Numbered from the stretch's first letter, positions 6,620 to 16,150 are shown. The stretch: DNA of 20,646 bases from Candidatus Dadabacteria bacterium (GCA_040289575.1 PSLL01000005.1:1-20646), one strand, 5' to 3'. Program-made: numbers and translations. The notes: a model not told the origin generated them from the sequence alone.

Positions 6620-8161
6620 CTAATCCCGATTCAGGGCAACGGGCGGAAAATATAGACCCTTTAATTCCCTTTGCCACCAGTCTCCTGTATCGCGCCTGGT
6701 GCGGAGATCGGTGAAATGGTATTCATAAATCAATGCGCGAATATATTTGGGCGGCCTAGAGGGAAAAGGATTCTTTCCCAAAAGCCCACTGACATCGGGT
6801 GAGCCCTGAAGTAGGCGCACGATTAAATTTACAAACCATGTATTATCCTGATAACTGCCCAATGCGGCAAACCACATCTGCCAATCGAGCCTGGGTTGAT
6901 AGGGTGCCACCCAAGGCGGGGGGGTCTTGAGATCCCCTGGTTTATATTTAAATCCGTATTCGAGCCAGTTTTGACCATCATCGCTTCCCTCAATAATAAT
7001 CTCAGGGCGGGATGTAGTCATGACTTCAAAGAGACCGTAATTGTTTACAACCCTCAAAGGAGAAATCCAAAGGAGCGCTCTGTGGAAGATATTGGGTAGG
7101 TTCTGGTATTTGATAATTACCCCTACGATCTGTAGGCTCCCCAGAAGAATGATTATCCCGGCTAGAACACCCATTGCCATTTGTTTATATCGGGATTCAC
7201 CAGTGGATAATTGTTTTGTCTCTGTAGCTTCTCTAATTTTCTTAGGAAGGAGTTTTTGCAAAAACGCGTCATCGAAGAGCAACACGCACAGGGCAATGGA
7301 TAACAGATTGAAGAATGTGTAGTTTCCTGTCAATTCAATGAGAACCTGTAGGGATATGATCCCAGCCGCTGCCATAAATCGAAGTCGCCGCGGGGCGAAT
7401 ATAAAGAACGGAACCACGAGCTCTATGAAAAACATAAAACCGACAGAGAATCTGTGAAACCACTCAGGCAATTGGTACATATACCAGGCAATAGGTGTTG
7501 GAAGGGGCTGTGTGTAGTAGTGGAAATCAAGCGCGGTGAAATTGCGCCATGTGGGATCCCAGCTTGAGAGCTTTCTGAATCCTGAGGAAAACATAAGTCG
7601 GAATAGGAGAAACCTAAATAGCCACAATATAACTGACGGGGGCGGCGACTGTCGGGAGAGTCTTGGCAACACATGAAAAGGCGCAAGAAAGGTTGCCAAA
7701 AACCCTGTCTCCAAAAGCAGTGCGTCCCATTGGAATGACATAAATACCTGTCCCGCACTCACGAGAGACAGGTAAAAAATCCATAAGAGTCCCAGCACGG
7801 GTGCAGTTAAAACACCAAATATAAGTAGCACCGAGAAAAAAGCCCCGCCTGCGGCGATGGATTCGAGAAACCAATTGTGGGCGTTGAACCACGCAAGTGT
7901 GGGAACAACCCAATAAGCCTTTGTTCCCAGGCCGCTTTTTACTGCATTGAGAAAACCCTCTGTAGGTAGAATTCCATTACTCCCAATAAGGCTGGGAATC
8001 TGTATCCAGAATGAGAGAAAGGCAATGAAATAGACAATCCCAAGGAGCCTTAAAAAGAGCCACCGTGAGAGTATATAAGAATGAGAACCTGTATTATTGC
8101 CGCGGAGTATTCGGGTAAATTTAGAAAAAGGTAGGGGCAAGCCGGGTCTATTCTCGGTCAT
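6620..8161 (-). CDS. Lipase maturation factor (LMF1) family membrane protein
   Basis: RWLFLRLLGIVYFIAF, LIGSNGILP, FQWDALLLETGFL, FRLMFSSGFRKL, HYYTQPLPTP, TGNYTFFNLL, NNYGLFEVMTTSRPEIIIEGS, APYQPRLDWQMWFAAL. Multiple TM helices. Confidence 0.95.
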   Translation of the reverse strand: MTENRPGLPLPFSKFTRILRGNNTGSHSYILSRWLFLRLLGIVYFIAFLSFWIQIPSLIGSNGILPTEGFLNAVKSGLGTKAYWVVPTLAWFNAHNWFLESIAAGGAFFSVLLIFGVLTAPVLGLLWIFYLSLVSAGQVFMSFQWDALLLETGFLATFLAPFHVLPRLSRQSPPPSVILWLFRFLLFRLMFSSGFRKLSSWDPTWRNFTALDFHYYTQPLPTPIAWYMYQLPEWFHRFSVGFMFFIELVVPFFIFAPRRLRFMAAAGIISLQVLIELTGNYTFFNLLSIALCVLLFDDAFLQKLLPKKIREATETKQLSTGESRYKQMAMGVLAGIIILLGSLQIVGVIIKYQNLPNIFHRALLWISPLRVVNNYGLFEVMTTSRPEIIIEGSDDGQNWLEYGFKYKPGDLKTPPPWVAPYQPRLDWQMWFAALGSYQDNTWFVNLIVRLLQGSPDVSGLLGKNPFPSRPPKYIRALIYEYHFTDLRTRRDTGDWWQRELKGLYFPPVALNRD

Positions 8162-8199
8162 TATGATTATTCAAGGCGTACAAGAATAATCATATTATA
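8162..8199 (-). promoter_or_regulatory. Perfect 11-bp inverted repeat (putative operator) next to a TATAAT box
   Basis: TATGATTATTC (8162-8172), 11-nt spacer, GAATAATCATA (8184-8194). Minus-strand TATAAT at 8199-8194. No good -35 element. Confidence 0.5.
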
Positions 8200-8243
8200 C
8201 CTTGACTGATTCTCTCAAAGTGGTAAAGGGGTTGATATATTTC

Positions 8244-8534
8244 CTATTTTTGGCTTGCCTCTGGAGGGGTCGCTTTCCTTAAGTCCTTTATAGTAACGGT
8301 TGACGGTGTTTTCATGTTGTTATATAGTGCCTGCTCTGCACCCCATCGCAGGTCTGAGCATTCCTGTACACTATTGTTGTCGTTATTAAACATAAGGCAT
8401 CCCAAGTAGGCTTCATTTATTCCCCTCTCATTCCTTTGAACCGGGCTTTTTGGTGTTCCCGCACAGCCGAATAAGGATAGGATGAGTGTAAGTACTAATA
8501 TCCTTTTTATTGATCTTCTAAATAATGTCCCCAC
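8244..8534 (-). CDS. Small lipoprotein of unknown function
   Basis: SD AAGGAGGT before the GTG. Basic n-region RRSIKR, hydrophobic ILVLTLILS, lipobox LFG|C. Two further Cys in the mature part. Confidence 0.8.
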   Translation of the reverse strand: MGTLFRRSIKRILVLTLILSLFGCAGTPKSPVQRNERGINEAYLGCLMFNNDNNSVQECSDLRWGAEQALYNNMKTPSTVTIKDLRKATPPEASQK

Positions 8535-8677
8535 GGTTTATCTACCTCCTTACTATTATAACACCACCTAAGAGGGTTGTATATTGGAATTAGGGTTAGG
8601 TCAAAAGAAAGGGAGATTCTTGAGCGTGTGTTTTTTTTAATATAATATGGTTCTATTAGACTAACAGAGGAGATCCC

Positions 8678-9679
8678 ATGTATGTAGAAAAAGAAAGGGT
8701 ACATATACCCGAGCTTATTCATGGGAAGTGGATTAACTCGGAGAGTCTGAGTGTGAGGCAGCTCAGAGGAAAGGCGATTCTCGTTGATTTCTGGGATTAT
8801 ACATGCGTGAACTGTATAAGGACGCTGCCATATGTAAAGGAGTGGCACAGGAGGTATTCTGATAAAGGCCTGGTAATCATAGGTGTGCACGCGCCTGAGT
8901 TTTTCTTTGCAAGGACGGAGGAAAACGTAAAGAGGGCGATTGAGAGGTTTGAAATAGGGTATCCTGTAGTCATGGACAACGACTATGAGATTTGGCATGC
9001 GTTTGCAAACCGATACTGGCCTGCAAAGTATCTGGCAGATAAGAAGGGCTACATCCGATACGCACATTTTGGCGAAGGGAACTACATAGAAACAGAGGCT
9101 GCGATTCAGCTTCTCCTTAGGGAAATTGACTCAAACGTAGGGCTTCCGGATTTGATGAAGTCTATAAGGGATACAGATATCCCTGGAATATCATGCTATC
9201 GCGTAAGTCCAGAGCTTTATTTTGGATACAGGCGCGGGGGTATTGGCAATCCCGGGGGCTACAATCGGGATGACACGGGAGATTACAGTTTACCCAAGGA
9301 GATACTCAGCGATACGATATATGTCGAAGGGAAGTGGTTTAGCGCGCCCGAATACATGAAGCCGGCTTTAGATGGCAAAGACGGGACGGCCAGTGTAGTT
9401 TTAAGATACACCGCATCTGAGGTTAATGCTGTAATCAGTCCGGAGGGAGAAAGGGGTTTTAGGGTCTATATAATGCATGATGGAAGGTACTTAAATCCCG
9501 AAGGTGCCGGGCACGATGTAGAATTTGATCCTGAAGGAAGGGGTTACACTATGGTTGATGAACCCAGGATGTACTATCTAATTAAAAACAGGGAATTCGG
9601 TTCACATCTACTAAAACTGTCTTCAAACTCAAACGCATTCGCAATCTATGCCTTTACTTTTGTAAGCTGTATGGCTTAA
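8678..9679 (+). CDS. Redoxin (TlpA/DipZ-like thioredoxin, CVNC) with a DipZ-type C-terminal domain
   Basis: LRGKAILVDFWDYTCVNCIRTLPYV, GVHAPEFFFA, ANRYWPAKYL, HFGEGNY, SPELYFGY, VDEPRMYYLI, AIYAFTF. SD GAGGAG. No N-terminal membrane domain or signal peptide. Confidence 0.9.
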   Translation: MYVEKERVHIPELIHGKWINSESLSVRQLRGKAILVDFWDYTCVNCIRTLPYVKEWHRRYSDKGLVIIGVHAPEFFFARTEENVKRAIERFEIGYPVVMDNDYEIWHAFANRYWPAKYLADKKGYIRYAHFGEGNYIETEAAIQLLLREIDSNVGLPDLMKSIRDTDIPGISCYRVSPELYFGYRRGGIGNPGGYNRDDTGDYSLPKEILSDTIYVEGKWFSAPEYMKPALDGKDGTASVVLRYTASEVNAVISPEGERGFRVYIMHDGRYLNPEGAGHDVEFDPEGRGYTMVDEPRMYYLIKNREFGSHLLKLSSNSNAFAIYAFTFVSCMA

Positions 9680-9712
9680 TACAGAATTATTTAATCTTCT
9701 ATAAAACGACCT

Positions 9713-11083
9713 TCATGTTTTCTCCCCATCAGAGTATCCGTATTGCTTGAGTTTATAGAGTAGGGCACGGCGGCTGATGCCCAGGAGTTTTGCGGCATGC
9801 GTGTGGTTTCCCCCGCTCTCGGATACGGCTTTCTCTATTAATGCCCTCTCAAGCCTATGCCAGGCTTTATCAAGTAGGAGAGAATCGAACCAGGAATTTT
9901 CTTTAAACCCCGTTTCGCTTGATTCCAGTTCTACCTTATCAATCATGTCTGAATCAGATAAGATCATAGCCCTCTCTATTACATTCTCAAGCTCTCTTAC
10001 ATTTCCGTGCCAGGGATATTGAATAAGCTCAGACATAACACGCTGGGTTACTCCCTTGATATGCGAATCTAATTTTTCATTATGTTTCCTTATTAGGTAC
10101 TCAACTAATCGAGGTATATCCTCTCTCCTTTCCCTAAGCGGTGGGATGTGAATCGGAAAGACATTTAAGCGATAAAATAGATCGCATCTAAAGCTGCCGT
10201 CCTCCACATCCCCGACAAGGTCGCGGGATGTTGCTGCTATAATCCTCACATCTACTTTGATTGTTTTTGTATCCCCAAGGCGCCTTATCTCTTCCTCCTG
10301 GAGCACGCGCAGGAGTTTTGATTGAATCGGATATGGAAATTCACCAATCTCATCGAGAAATAGGGTTCCCCCTTGAGCCTCTTCAAAAAGCCCCCTTTTT
10401 GTCTGGCTTGCGCCGCTAAATGCCCCTTTTACATAACCGAAAAGCTCGCTCTCAAGGAGTGACTCGGGGATGGCGGCGCAGTTTACCGCAACAAATGGAG
10501 CATCCTTTCTTTGGCTTCTTGTGTGGATTGCGCGTGCTATTAACTCCTTTCCGGTTCCGCTTTCTCCGGTTATAAGAACGGTCGCCTTATACTCAGAGAC
10601 CCTTTTTGCAAAGTCTATGACCCTTCCCATCTTTTCGCTCGTAAAGACTATACCCTCAAATCCGTCATTCCGTCCCAACTCCTTGCGTAGAATGGCATTT
10701 TCACGCCTGAGTCTTTCCCTCTCCTGAGCCATGCGCATACGTAGAATCAATTCTTCGGTGCTTATGGGTTTGCTCACATAATCGGCGGCGCCGCGCTTTA
10801 CCGCCTCGATGGATGTTTCAACCGTTCCGTAGGCTGAGATCATTATCACAATGGGATTTATGTCGCGTTTTTTTATCTCATTTAGAAATTGGATTCCATC
10901 CATTCCGGGCATACGAATATCACAGATTATAAAATCGTAATCCTTTCCCCCTTCAATGAGTTTTAAACCGGAGTGCGCGCCGTCTGCAGATTCTACATCA
11001 AATCCCTCCATCTGGAGGATAACAGAGAGCGTTTTTCTCACCCCTATTTCATCGTCAATTATTAGAACCCTTTCTGTTACCAT
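9713..11083 (-). CDS. Sigma54-dependent response regulator (NtrC/PilR family; REC-AAA+-Fis HTH)
   Basis: LIIDDE and CDIRMPGMDG receiver motifs, Walker A GESGTGKE, GAFSGA loop, Walker B LFLDEIG, WHGNVRELEN, HTH AAKLLGISRRALLYKL. Overlaps the kinase stop by 29 nt. Confidence 0.95.
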   Translation of the reverse strand: MVTERVLIIDDEIGVRKTLSVILQMEGFDVESADGAHSGLKLIEGGKDYDFIICDIRMPGMDGIQFLNEIKKRDINPIVIMISAYGTVETSIEAVKRGAADYVSKPISTEELILRMRMAQERERLRRENAILRKELGRNDGFEGIVFTSEKMGRVIDFAKRVSEYKATVLITGESGTGKELIARAIHTRSQRKDAPFVAVNCAAIPESLLESELFGYVKGAFSGASQTKRGLFEEAQGGTLFLDEIGEFPYPIQSKLLRVLQEEEIRRLGDTKTIKVDVRIIAATSRDLVGDVEDGSFRCDLFYRLNVFPIHIPPLRERREDIPRLVEYLIRKHNEKLDSHIKGVTQRVMSELIQYPWHGNVRELENVIERAMILSDSDMIDKVELESSETGFKENSWFDSLLLDKAWHRLERALIEKAVSESGGNHTHAAKLLGISRRALLYKLKQYGYSDGEKT

Positions 11084-12560
11084 TATTCTCAGTACCGGGA
11101 AGGGTTATTCTAAATACCGAACCCCTTCCGTCCTCGCTTTCTACAGATATTCTTCCACCAAAGAGATTGACTATCCTTTGAGAAACCGAAAGCCCGAGTC
11201 CTGTTCCCTTTCCTGGCTCCTTTGTGGTAAAAAATGGATCGAATATTTTATCAATTATCTCCTTCGGTATTCCGGTGCCGTTATCTTTTACCGCAATCTC
11301 AATCCTTCCATCTGATGTCTTATAAGAAGATATGTTAATCGTTCCGTCTTGGGCTATGGCATCTTTGGCGTTGAGGATTAGATTTATAAAAACCTGGGAG
11401 AGTTGGTGCGGATCGGCCTCAATTGGGCTGAGTCCGGTAGAAAGCTCAAGATTAAGGTCTATGTTCTTGAGAAGCCCCTGTGTTTTTAATATATCGGCGG
11501 CGTCTCTTATAACATCGTTTATATCAACCGTTTTTAAATCAAAATCCCTGGGGCGGGAGTAATCAAGAAGTGTGCGTATGATTCTGTCTATTCTCTCTGC
11601 CTCTTTCGCGATGCTATTGATAAACTCCTTTCTCTCTTCATCTGAGAGCATGCGGCCCCTCTTTAGTACCTCGACATAGCCCCGTATGGCACTGAGCGGA
11701 TTTCCTATCTCGTGTGCAACCCCCGCAGAGAGTTTTCCAAGGGATGCGAGCTTCTCTGATACTATAAGCTCCCTTTGTGTTCTGATGAGTGTCTGATTTG
11801 ATTCTTCGAGAGCCTGTATGTTTTCCTTGAGTCTTGCCTTACTTGTCTCAATTTCATCATACATCCTCTTTAGGGCGGCATTTAGCTGGTTTATTTCCTT
11901 TACACCGCCTAAATCTGTCTTAGAGGGGAATTTGCCTCTTCCTATATCCTCTGTCGTTCTTATGAGTTCGTGAACGGGTCTTATTACCCGTCTTGAGAGT
12001 ATGTAAAACCCAAAAAGTGCTATTACAATTAAATCCATTATAATTGAAACCGCAATCAATCCCTGTCCCAGGATTATGTTTCTCTCAAGCGAAGATAGGG
12101 GCTGATAGAGGAGAATAACCCCCTCTCGCCTTCCCCCTTTTTTTAATGAGGATGCGATCTTAAACCCTTTATAAAAGGTAAAGGGTGGCATATTGGTTCC
12201 TTCAACGTCAACTATAGTCTCTCCCGTTTTCATAACCTCAAGGATAATCGGATCAGTAATGCCTTTATCCGAATAGTCCGAATCGGTATGAAACACGCTT
12301 GTTTTTCTCATGTCTATGATTGCGATCCAAGTGCCTGGCTCAAGGATGTCTTTTAACGAATTGAATTCGTTTTGGATATTTCCATCTCTATTGTATAGGG
12401 ACTCAAGAGCGGCAATTATGGATTTTGCCCCTTCGATTCTTCCCTGAAGTGCGAAACTCTCTGTGATCTTGAAGGCGATAATGCCTATAAGAAACATCGC
12501 AACGACGGTAAGAAAAAGAACATTAAAGAGTATCTCAACCCTAAGCCCTGTCTGGCGCAT
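11055..12560 (-). CDS. Membrane sensor histidine kinase with HAMP domain (NtrB/PilS family)
   Basis: Two TM helices, HAMP ([16 protein letters not shown]...EINQLNAAL), H-box [11 protein letters not shown]-box [11 protein letters not shown]1 DNGTGI, F-box PFFTTK, G2 GTGLGL. Confidence 0.95.
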   Translation of the reverse strand: MRQTGLRVEILFNVLFLTVVAMFLIGIIAFKITESFALQGRIEGAKSIIAALESLYNRDGNIQNEFNSLKDILEPGTWIAIIDMRKTSVFHTDSDYSDKGITDPIILEVMKTGETIVDVEGTNMPPFTFYKGFKIASSLKKGGRREGVILLYQPLSSLERNIILGQGLIAVSIIMDLIVIALFGFYILSRRVIRPVHELIRTTEDIGRGKFPSKTDLGGVKEINQLNAALKRMYDEIETSKARLKENIQALEESNQTLIRTQRELIVSEKLASLGKLSAGVAHEIGNPLSAIRGYVEVLKRGRMLSDEERKEFINSIAKEAERIDRIIRTLLDYSRPRDFDLKTVDINDVIRDAADILKTQGLLKNIDLNLELSTGLSPIEADPHQLSQVFINLILNAKDAIAQDGTINISSYKTSDGRIEIAVKDNGTGIPKEIIDKIFDPFFTTKEPGKGTGLGLSVSQRIVNLFGGRISVESEDGRGSVFRITLPGTENNGNRKGSNN

Positions 12561-12588
12561 GGTTCCTTCTTAGCAATCTATTATGGAA

Positions 12589-12652
12589 GTAGGGGGTGAA
12601 CCCCAGTGTTCGCCCCTTTTTATCTAGGGCAGGCACGGGGGTCTGTCCCTAC
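12589..12652. repeat. GTAG-family REP doublet (REPIN-like)
   Basis: GTAG-GGGGTGAAC-cccagt-GTTCGCCCC, a short spacer, then GGGCAGGC-acgggg-GTCTGTCC-CTAC. Two inverted hairpins with outward GTAG/CTAC tetranucleotides. Confidence 0.85.
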
Positions 12653-12783
12653 AGTTGCTTTCCAAAATAGAATTCTAAAGATTCCACAGAAATTATACTA
12701 CCAATCCTGTATGAACATAAAGCGTAGCAGATTTGATCATAAGTTGTACTCTTTCAATTCTTTTTATCTCTTGATCTACCTTT

Positions 12784-12858
12784 TTAACTCCTAAATCCCT
12801 TAAGTAAAGCATCTTCAACTGCCCTCATTAAATCACTAGCAAGTTTACCTACTGTTGA
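12784..12858 (-). pseudogene. Possible C-terminal remnant of a PemK/MazF toxin
   Basis: Reads STVGKLASDLMRAVEDALLK (then DLGV after a frameshift), resembling the MazF C-terminal G-x-L-x3-M-x2-V-D/E-x-A-L...L-G-L helix. Very short match. Confidence 0.4.
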
Positions 12859-12955
12859 GGAAAAAGAATGGAGATATCAACGGTTCCATCTTCTAAAGGA
12901 AAAGGCTCTTCAAGCTCTACAGTGCCATTTTTATACACTTCCTTAAAGCCTCCAT
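12849..12955 (-). pseudogene. AF2212/DUF104-like antitoxin pseudogene (1-nt deletion, probably truncated)
   Basis: SD GAGGTG (12967-12962) then ATG GAG GCT. After a frameshift it reads KEVYKNGTVELEEPFPLEDGTVDISILFPQQ*, matching the family pattern (G/A)VY(K/E)NG...L.EP..L.EG. Length is 107 nt, one short of 36 codons. Confidence 0.6.
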
Positions 12956-13140
12956 TAAACTCACCTCTTAAAGCTAGGAATTTAGCAGAAAGAGATTCTT
13001 TTTGCAGCCTCTCTATAGAATCCTAAAGCGGATTCTTTAATCCTTATATAGGAAGCCTTTTCATAGCCCTACAATTCTACAAGGATTTTTAACTTTTTGA
13101 AAACGGTCTTTTTATATACTTCCGCAACTAAAACCTGAAA

Positions 13141-13977
13141 CTAACTAAACCCGCCTGTAAAGCAGTAGATGGCTGCAGCGATTGAGAGAAACGGACCAAA
13201 AGGAATGGCGTATTTCAGGTCTCCTTTTTTGTAGAGGATTATTGATATGCCGACTATAGTTCCAATAAATGAGCTTACAAGGGCTACAAATAGCACGCTC
13301 TTCCAGCCAAGAAACGCCCCAATCATCGCAAGGAGTTTTACATCTCCCAATCCCATCCCCTCCCTTTTTCTTATAACCTCATAGAGGAAACCGACAAGAA
13401 AAAGCACTCCTCCCCCCAGGATTATTCCAGAGAGTGAATCAAAGATTGGCACCTCGTTTAGGATCTTAATAATACTCCAGAGATCAAAGTGTAAAGAGCT
13501 GAGTGCCGTATGCGCGCTTCCCCAATCGGTTCTCAGTGCGCCGTAAATAAGCCCGACTATAATTCCGGGGAGTGTTATAACATTCGGGATTATTTTGTGT
13601 TCTAAATCTATAAATGTCACGACAGTAAGGGCAAAAAGGAAAATAGTGTAGAAAATGGTCTGAATCGTAAGACCGAATCTCCAGACTAGTGAGGCTGAGA
13701 TTAAGCCTGAGAGGATCTCAACAATCGGATAGATTGGGGAAATCCTATTGCCACATGCCCTGCACCTTCCGAGAAGAAAGAGATAGCTCAATATCGGAAT
13801 GTTGTTATAGAATTTGATCCTGGTTCCGCAAGAGGTACAGTGAGATGGAGGAAAAACTATTGATTCTTCTCTCGGCAGTCTGTATATGCAGACATTGAGA
13901 AAACTCCCCACAACCGAGCCGAAAATAAAGGTCAATATAACGATTAAAAGGCTGCTATGCGCTGTGAGTGGTTCCAA
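13141..13977 (-). CDS. pilD: Type IV prepilin peptidase/N-methyltransferase (A24)
   Basis: GSFLNVCIYRLP, Zn-binding SHCTSC...GRCRAC, catalytic aspartates in FIDLEH and GLGDVKL, C-terminal IPFGPFL. TTG start is uncertain. Confidence 0.96.
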   Translation of the reverse strand: MEPLTAHSSLLIVILTFIFGSVVGSFLNVCIYRLPREESIVFPPSHCTSCGTRIKFYNNIPILSYLFLLGRCRACGNRISPIYPIVEILSGLISASLVWRFGLTIQTIFYTIFLFALTVVTFIDLEHKIIPNVITLPGIIVGLIYGALRTDWGSAHTALSSLHFDLWSIIKILNEVPIFDSLSGIILGGGVLFLVGFLYEVIRKREGMGLGDVKLLAMIGAFLGWKSVLFVALVSSFIGTIVGISIILYKKGDLKYAIPFGPFLSIAAAIYCFTGGFS

Positions 13978-16150
13978 TTGGTTTTAGGTTGGAGGTGGCA
14001 TCTTCCTCCAACGTTTCTTTCGGCATTGACCCGTTTGCAGGGTAAGGGGTTTTACCCGCCTCTTTTAAAGCCTCTCTAAAATGGGACTGAGAGATCTTTA
14101 AGACGCCTTTTCCGGATCTCAGGTGTTCCCTTATTGCGATCATAGAGGCTCTATTGCAGAGCAGCTCAATGTCGGCTCCAGAGAAGCCATTTATTCTCTC
14201 CGCCATCTCTTTTAAATTCACATCCCTTGATAGCGGTTTTCCACGTGTGTGGATCTTTAGTATTTCAAATAGGGCCTCTTCATCGGGATAAGGGATGCTT
14301 AGGCACAGATCAAACCTTCCGGCCCTCAGGAGTGCAGGGTCTACCATATCAATCCGGTTTGTAGCCGCAAGTACAAAGACGCCTCTTAATTCCTCTATGC
14401 CGTCCATCTCTATGAGGAGCTGGCTCACAACCCTTTCTGAAACGTGAGTACTGTCGCCCCTTGCACGACAAGGGGCGATGGCATCAATCTCATCAAAGAA
14501 CACTATGCACGGAGCGACCTGTTTTGCCTTCTTAAACACCTCTCTTACCGCCTGCTCGGATTCGCCGATGTATTTTGAAAAAAGCTCCGCACCCTTTACA
14601 GAGATGAAATTCACACCACTTTCATTTGCAATCGCCTTTACAAGCAGGGTTTTTCCTGTGCCGGGCGGTCCGTAAAGGAGTATCCCCTTTGGGGCTTTTG
14701 TTCCGGTGGATTCAAAAAGCTCTTTGTACTTAAGGGGCCAGATTACTGCTTCTGTAAGCCTCTCTTTTATTTGTTTGAGTCCGCCAATGTCCTTCCATGT
14801 AATCTTGGGTATTTCAACGAATATCTCCCTTATCGCCGAAGGCTCGACCTCTCTTAAGGCGTCCATAAAATCCTCCATCTCGACACTCAGGTTTATAAGC
14901 TTCTCATAAGGGATTGAGCCGTCCTTAAAATCAATGTTGGGAAGAGCGGTTCTAAGAGACCTCATCGCCGCCTCGCGACAGAGGTTTTCAATGTCCGCTC
15001 CCACAAAGCCATAGGTGAGATCGGCAATCCGTTCCAGGTCTACGTCTTTTGAAAGGGGCATTCCGCGTGTATGAACCTCGATTATCTCAAGCCTTCCGGC
15101 CCTATCGGGAACCTCTAGGCTCACCTCTCTATCAAACCTGCCGGGTCTTCTTAGAGCCGGGTCAATCATACCGGGGAGATTCGTAGCGCCGATTACTATT
15201 ACTCGTCCTCTGTTCTTTAATCCGTCCATGAGGGCAAGAAGCTGGGCTACGACCCTTTTTTCTACATCGCCAGAGACCCTTTCCCTTTTCGGTGCTATCG
15301 CATCTATTTCATCGAGGAATATGATAGAGGGTTGATTTCTTGTAGCGATTTCAAATATATCCCTCAGCCTTGCCTCGCTCTCTCCGTAGAATTTGTGTAT
15401 TACCTCTGGTCCGTTTATCGCTTGAAAATGGGCGTTTGTCTCATGCGCTACTGCCCTTGCAAGTAGTGTTTTGCCACTCCCGGGAGGCCCGATGAGGAGA
15501 ACCCCCCTTGGAGGGTCAATTCCCAGCCTCTCGAATACTTGGGGGTATCTAAGGGGAAGCTCAACCATCTCCCTTACCTTTCTAATCTGTTCTCTTAGAG
15601 AGCCAATGTCTTCGTATGTTACGCGCGATGAGTCTACCTTTCCTTTCGGTTTTCTTCTAAGCTCTATCTTTGTTTCAGTATCAACCACAACTGGCTCTGC
15701 AGGTATAGTCCCCAGAACCTGAAAATCCTCGTTTCTCGCCCCCGGAAGTGTGACCCTTACCCTGTCTCCAACCGTCACAGGGATTTTATCAAGACGGCTT
15801 CTCAGATAGTCGGTGTCGTTACCATTATTAAAGAGCATGTCATCACTCAGGGGCGCAAGCAATACCTTTATTGCTCTCTTTGCCTCGACCCTTTTTACAA
15901 AGACGCGATCGTCAATCCCAACCCTTGAGTTCTCCCTACTTATTCCGTCAATCTGTATTATGGATTTCTCGCGAGATGGTTTTTCTAAGGGCATTACCCT
16001 TACGACTGTTCTTTTTTTTCCTCCGATCTCAACTAAATCACACGCATCTACGCCGAGGGCGCGCATATCCGCCGGACTGACCCTTGCAAGCCCTTTTCCA
16101 GCGTCCTTTACTGAAATTTCTGCAATCCTAAGTAGCATCATTTCCTTCAC
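13955..16150 (-). CDS. CDC48/VAT-family AAA+ ATPase (N-D1-D2)
   Basis: N-domain (DAGKGLARV...[19 protein letters not shown]). D1: [40 protein letters not shown]2: [37 protein letters not shown]. Start may be the ATG at 16141 or 16138. Confidence 0.96.
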   Translation of the reverse strand: MKEMMLLRIAEISVKDAGKGLARVSPADMRALGVDACDLVEIGGKKRTVVRVMPLEKPSREKSIIQIDGISRENSRVGIDDRVFVKRVEAKRAIKVLLAPLSDDMLFNNGNDTDYLRSRLDKIPVTVGDRVRVTLPGARNEDFQVLGTIPAEPVVVDTETKIELRRKPKGKVDSSRVTYEDIGSLREQIRKVREMVELPLRYPQVFERLGIDPPRGVLLIGPPGSGKTLLARAVAHETNAHFQAINGPEVIHKFYGESEARLRDIFEIATRNQPSIIFLDEIDAIAPKRERVSGDVEKRVVAQLLALMDGLKNRGRVIVIGATNLPGMIDPALRRPGRFDREVSLEVPDRAGRLEIIEVHTRGMPLSKDVDLERIADLTYGFVGADIENLCREAAMRSLRTALPNIDFKDGSIPYEKLINLSVEMEDFMDALREVEPSAIREIFVEIPKITWKDIGGLKQIKERLTEAVIWPLKYKELFESTGTKAPKGILLYGPPGTGKTLLVKAIANESGVNFISVKGAELFSKYIGESEQAVREVFKKAKQVAPCIVFFDEIDAIAPCRARGDSTHVSERVVSQLLIEMDGIEELRGVFVLAATNRIDMVDPALLRAGRFDLCLSIPYPDEEALFEILKIHTRGKPLSRDVNLKEMAERINGFSGADIELLCNRASMIAIREHLRSGKGVLKISQSHFREALKEAGKTPYPANGSMPKETLEEDATSNLKPIGTTHSA

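Noticed and set aside
8507..9067. 186-aa minus-strand ORF
   Set aside because: Antisense shadow of the redoxin that runs through the divergent promoter region and shows no family features.
12606..12794. 62-aa plus-strand ORF
   Set aside because: Starts inside the REP doublet, has no SD and is antisense to the relic region.
13955..16150. CDC48 as part of a gas-vesicle, proteasome or anti-phage locus
   Set aside because: No gvp, Hsp20, proteasome, ubiquitin-like or nuclease genes in the window.
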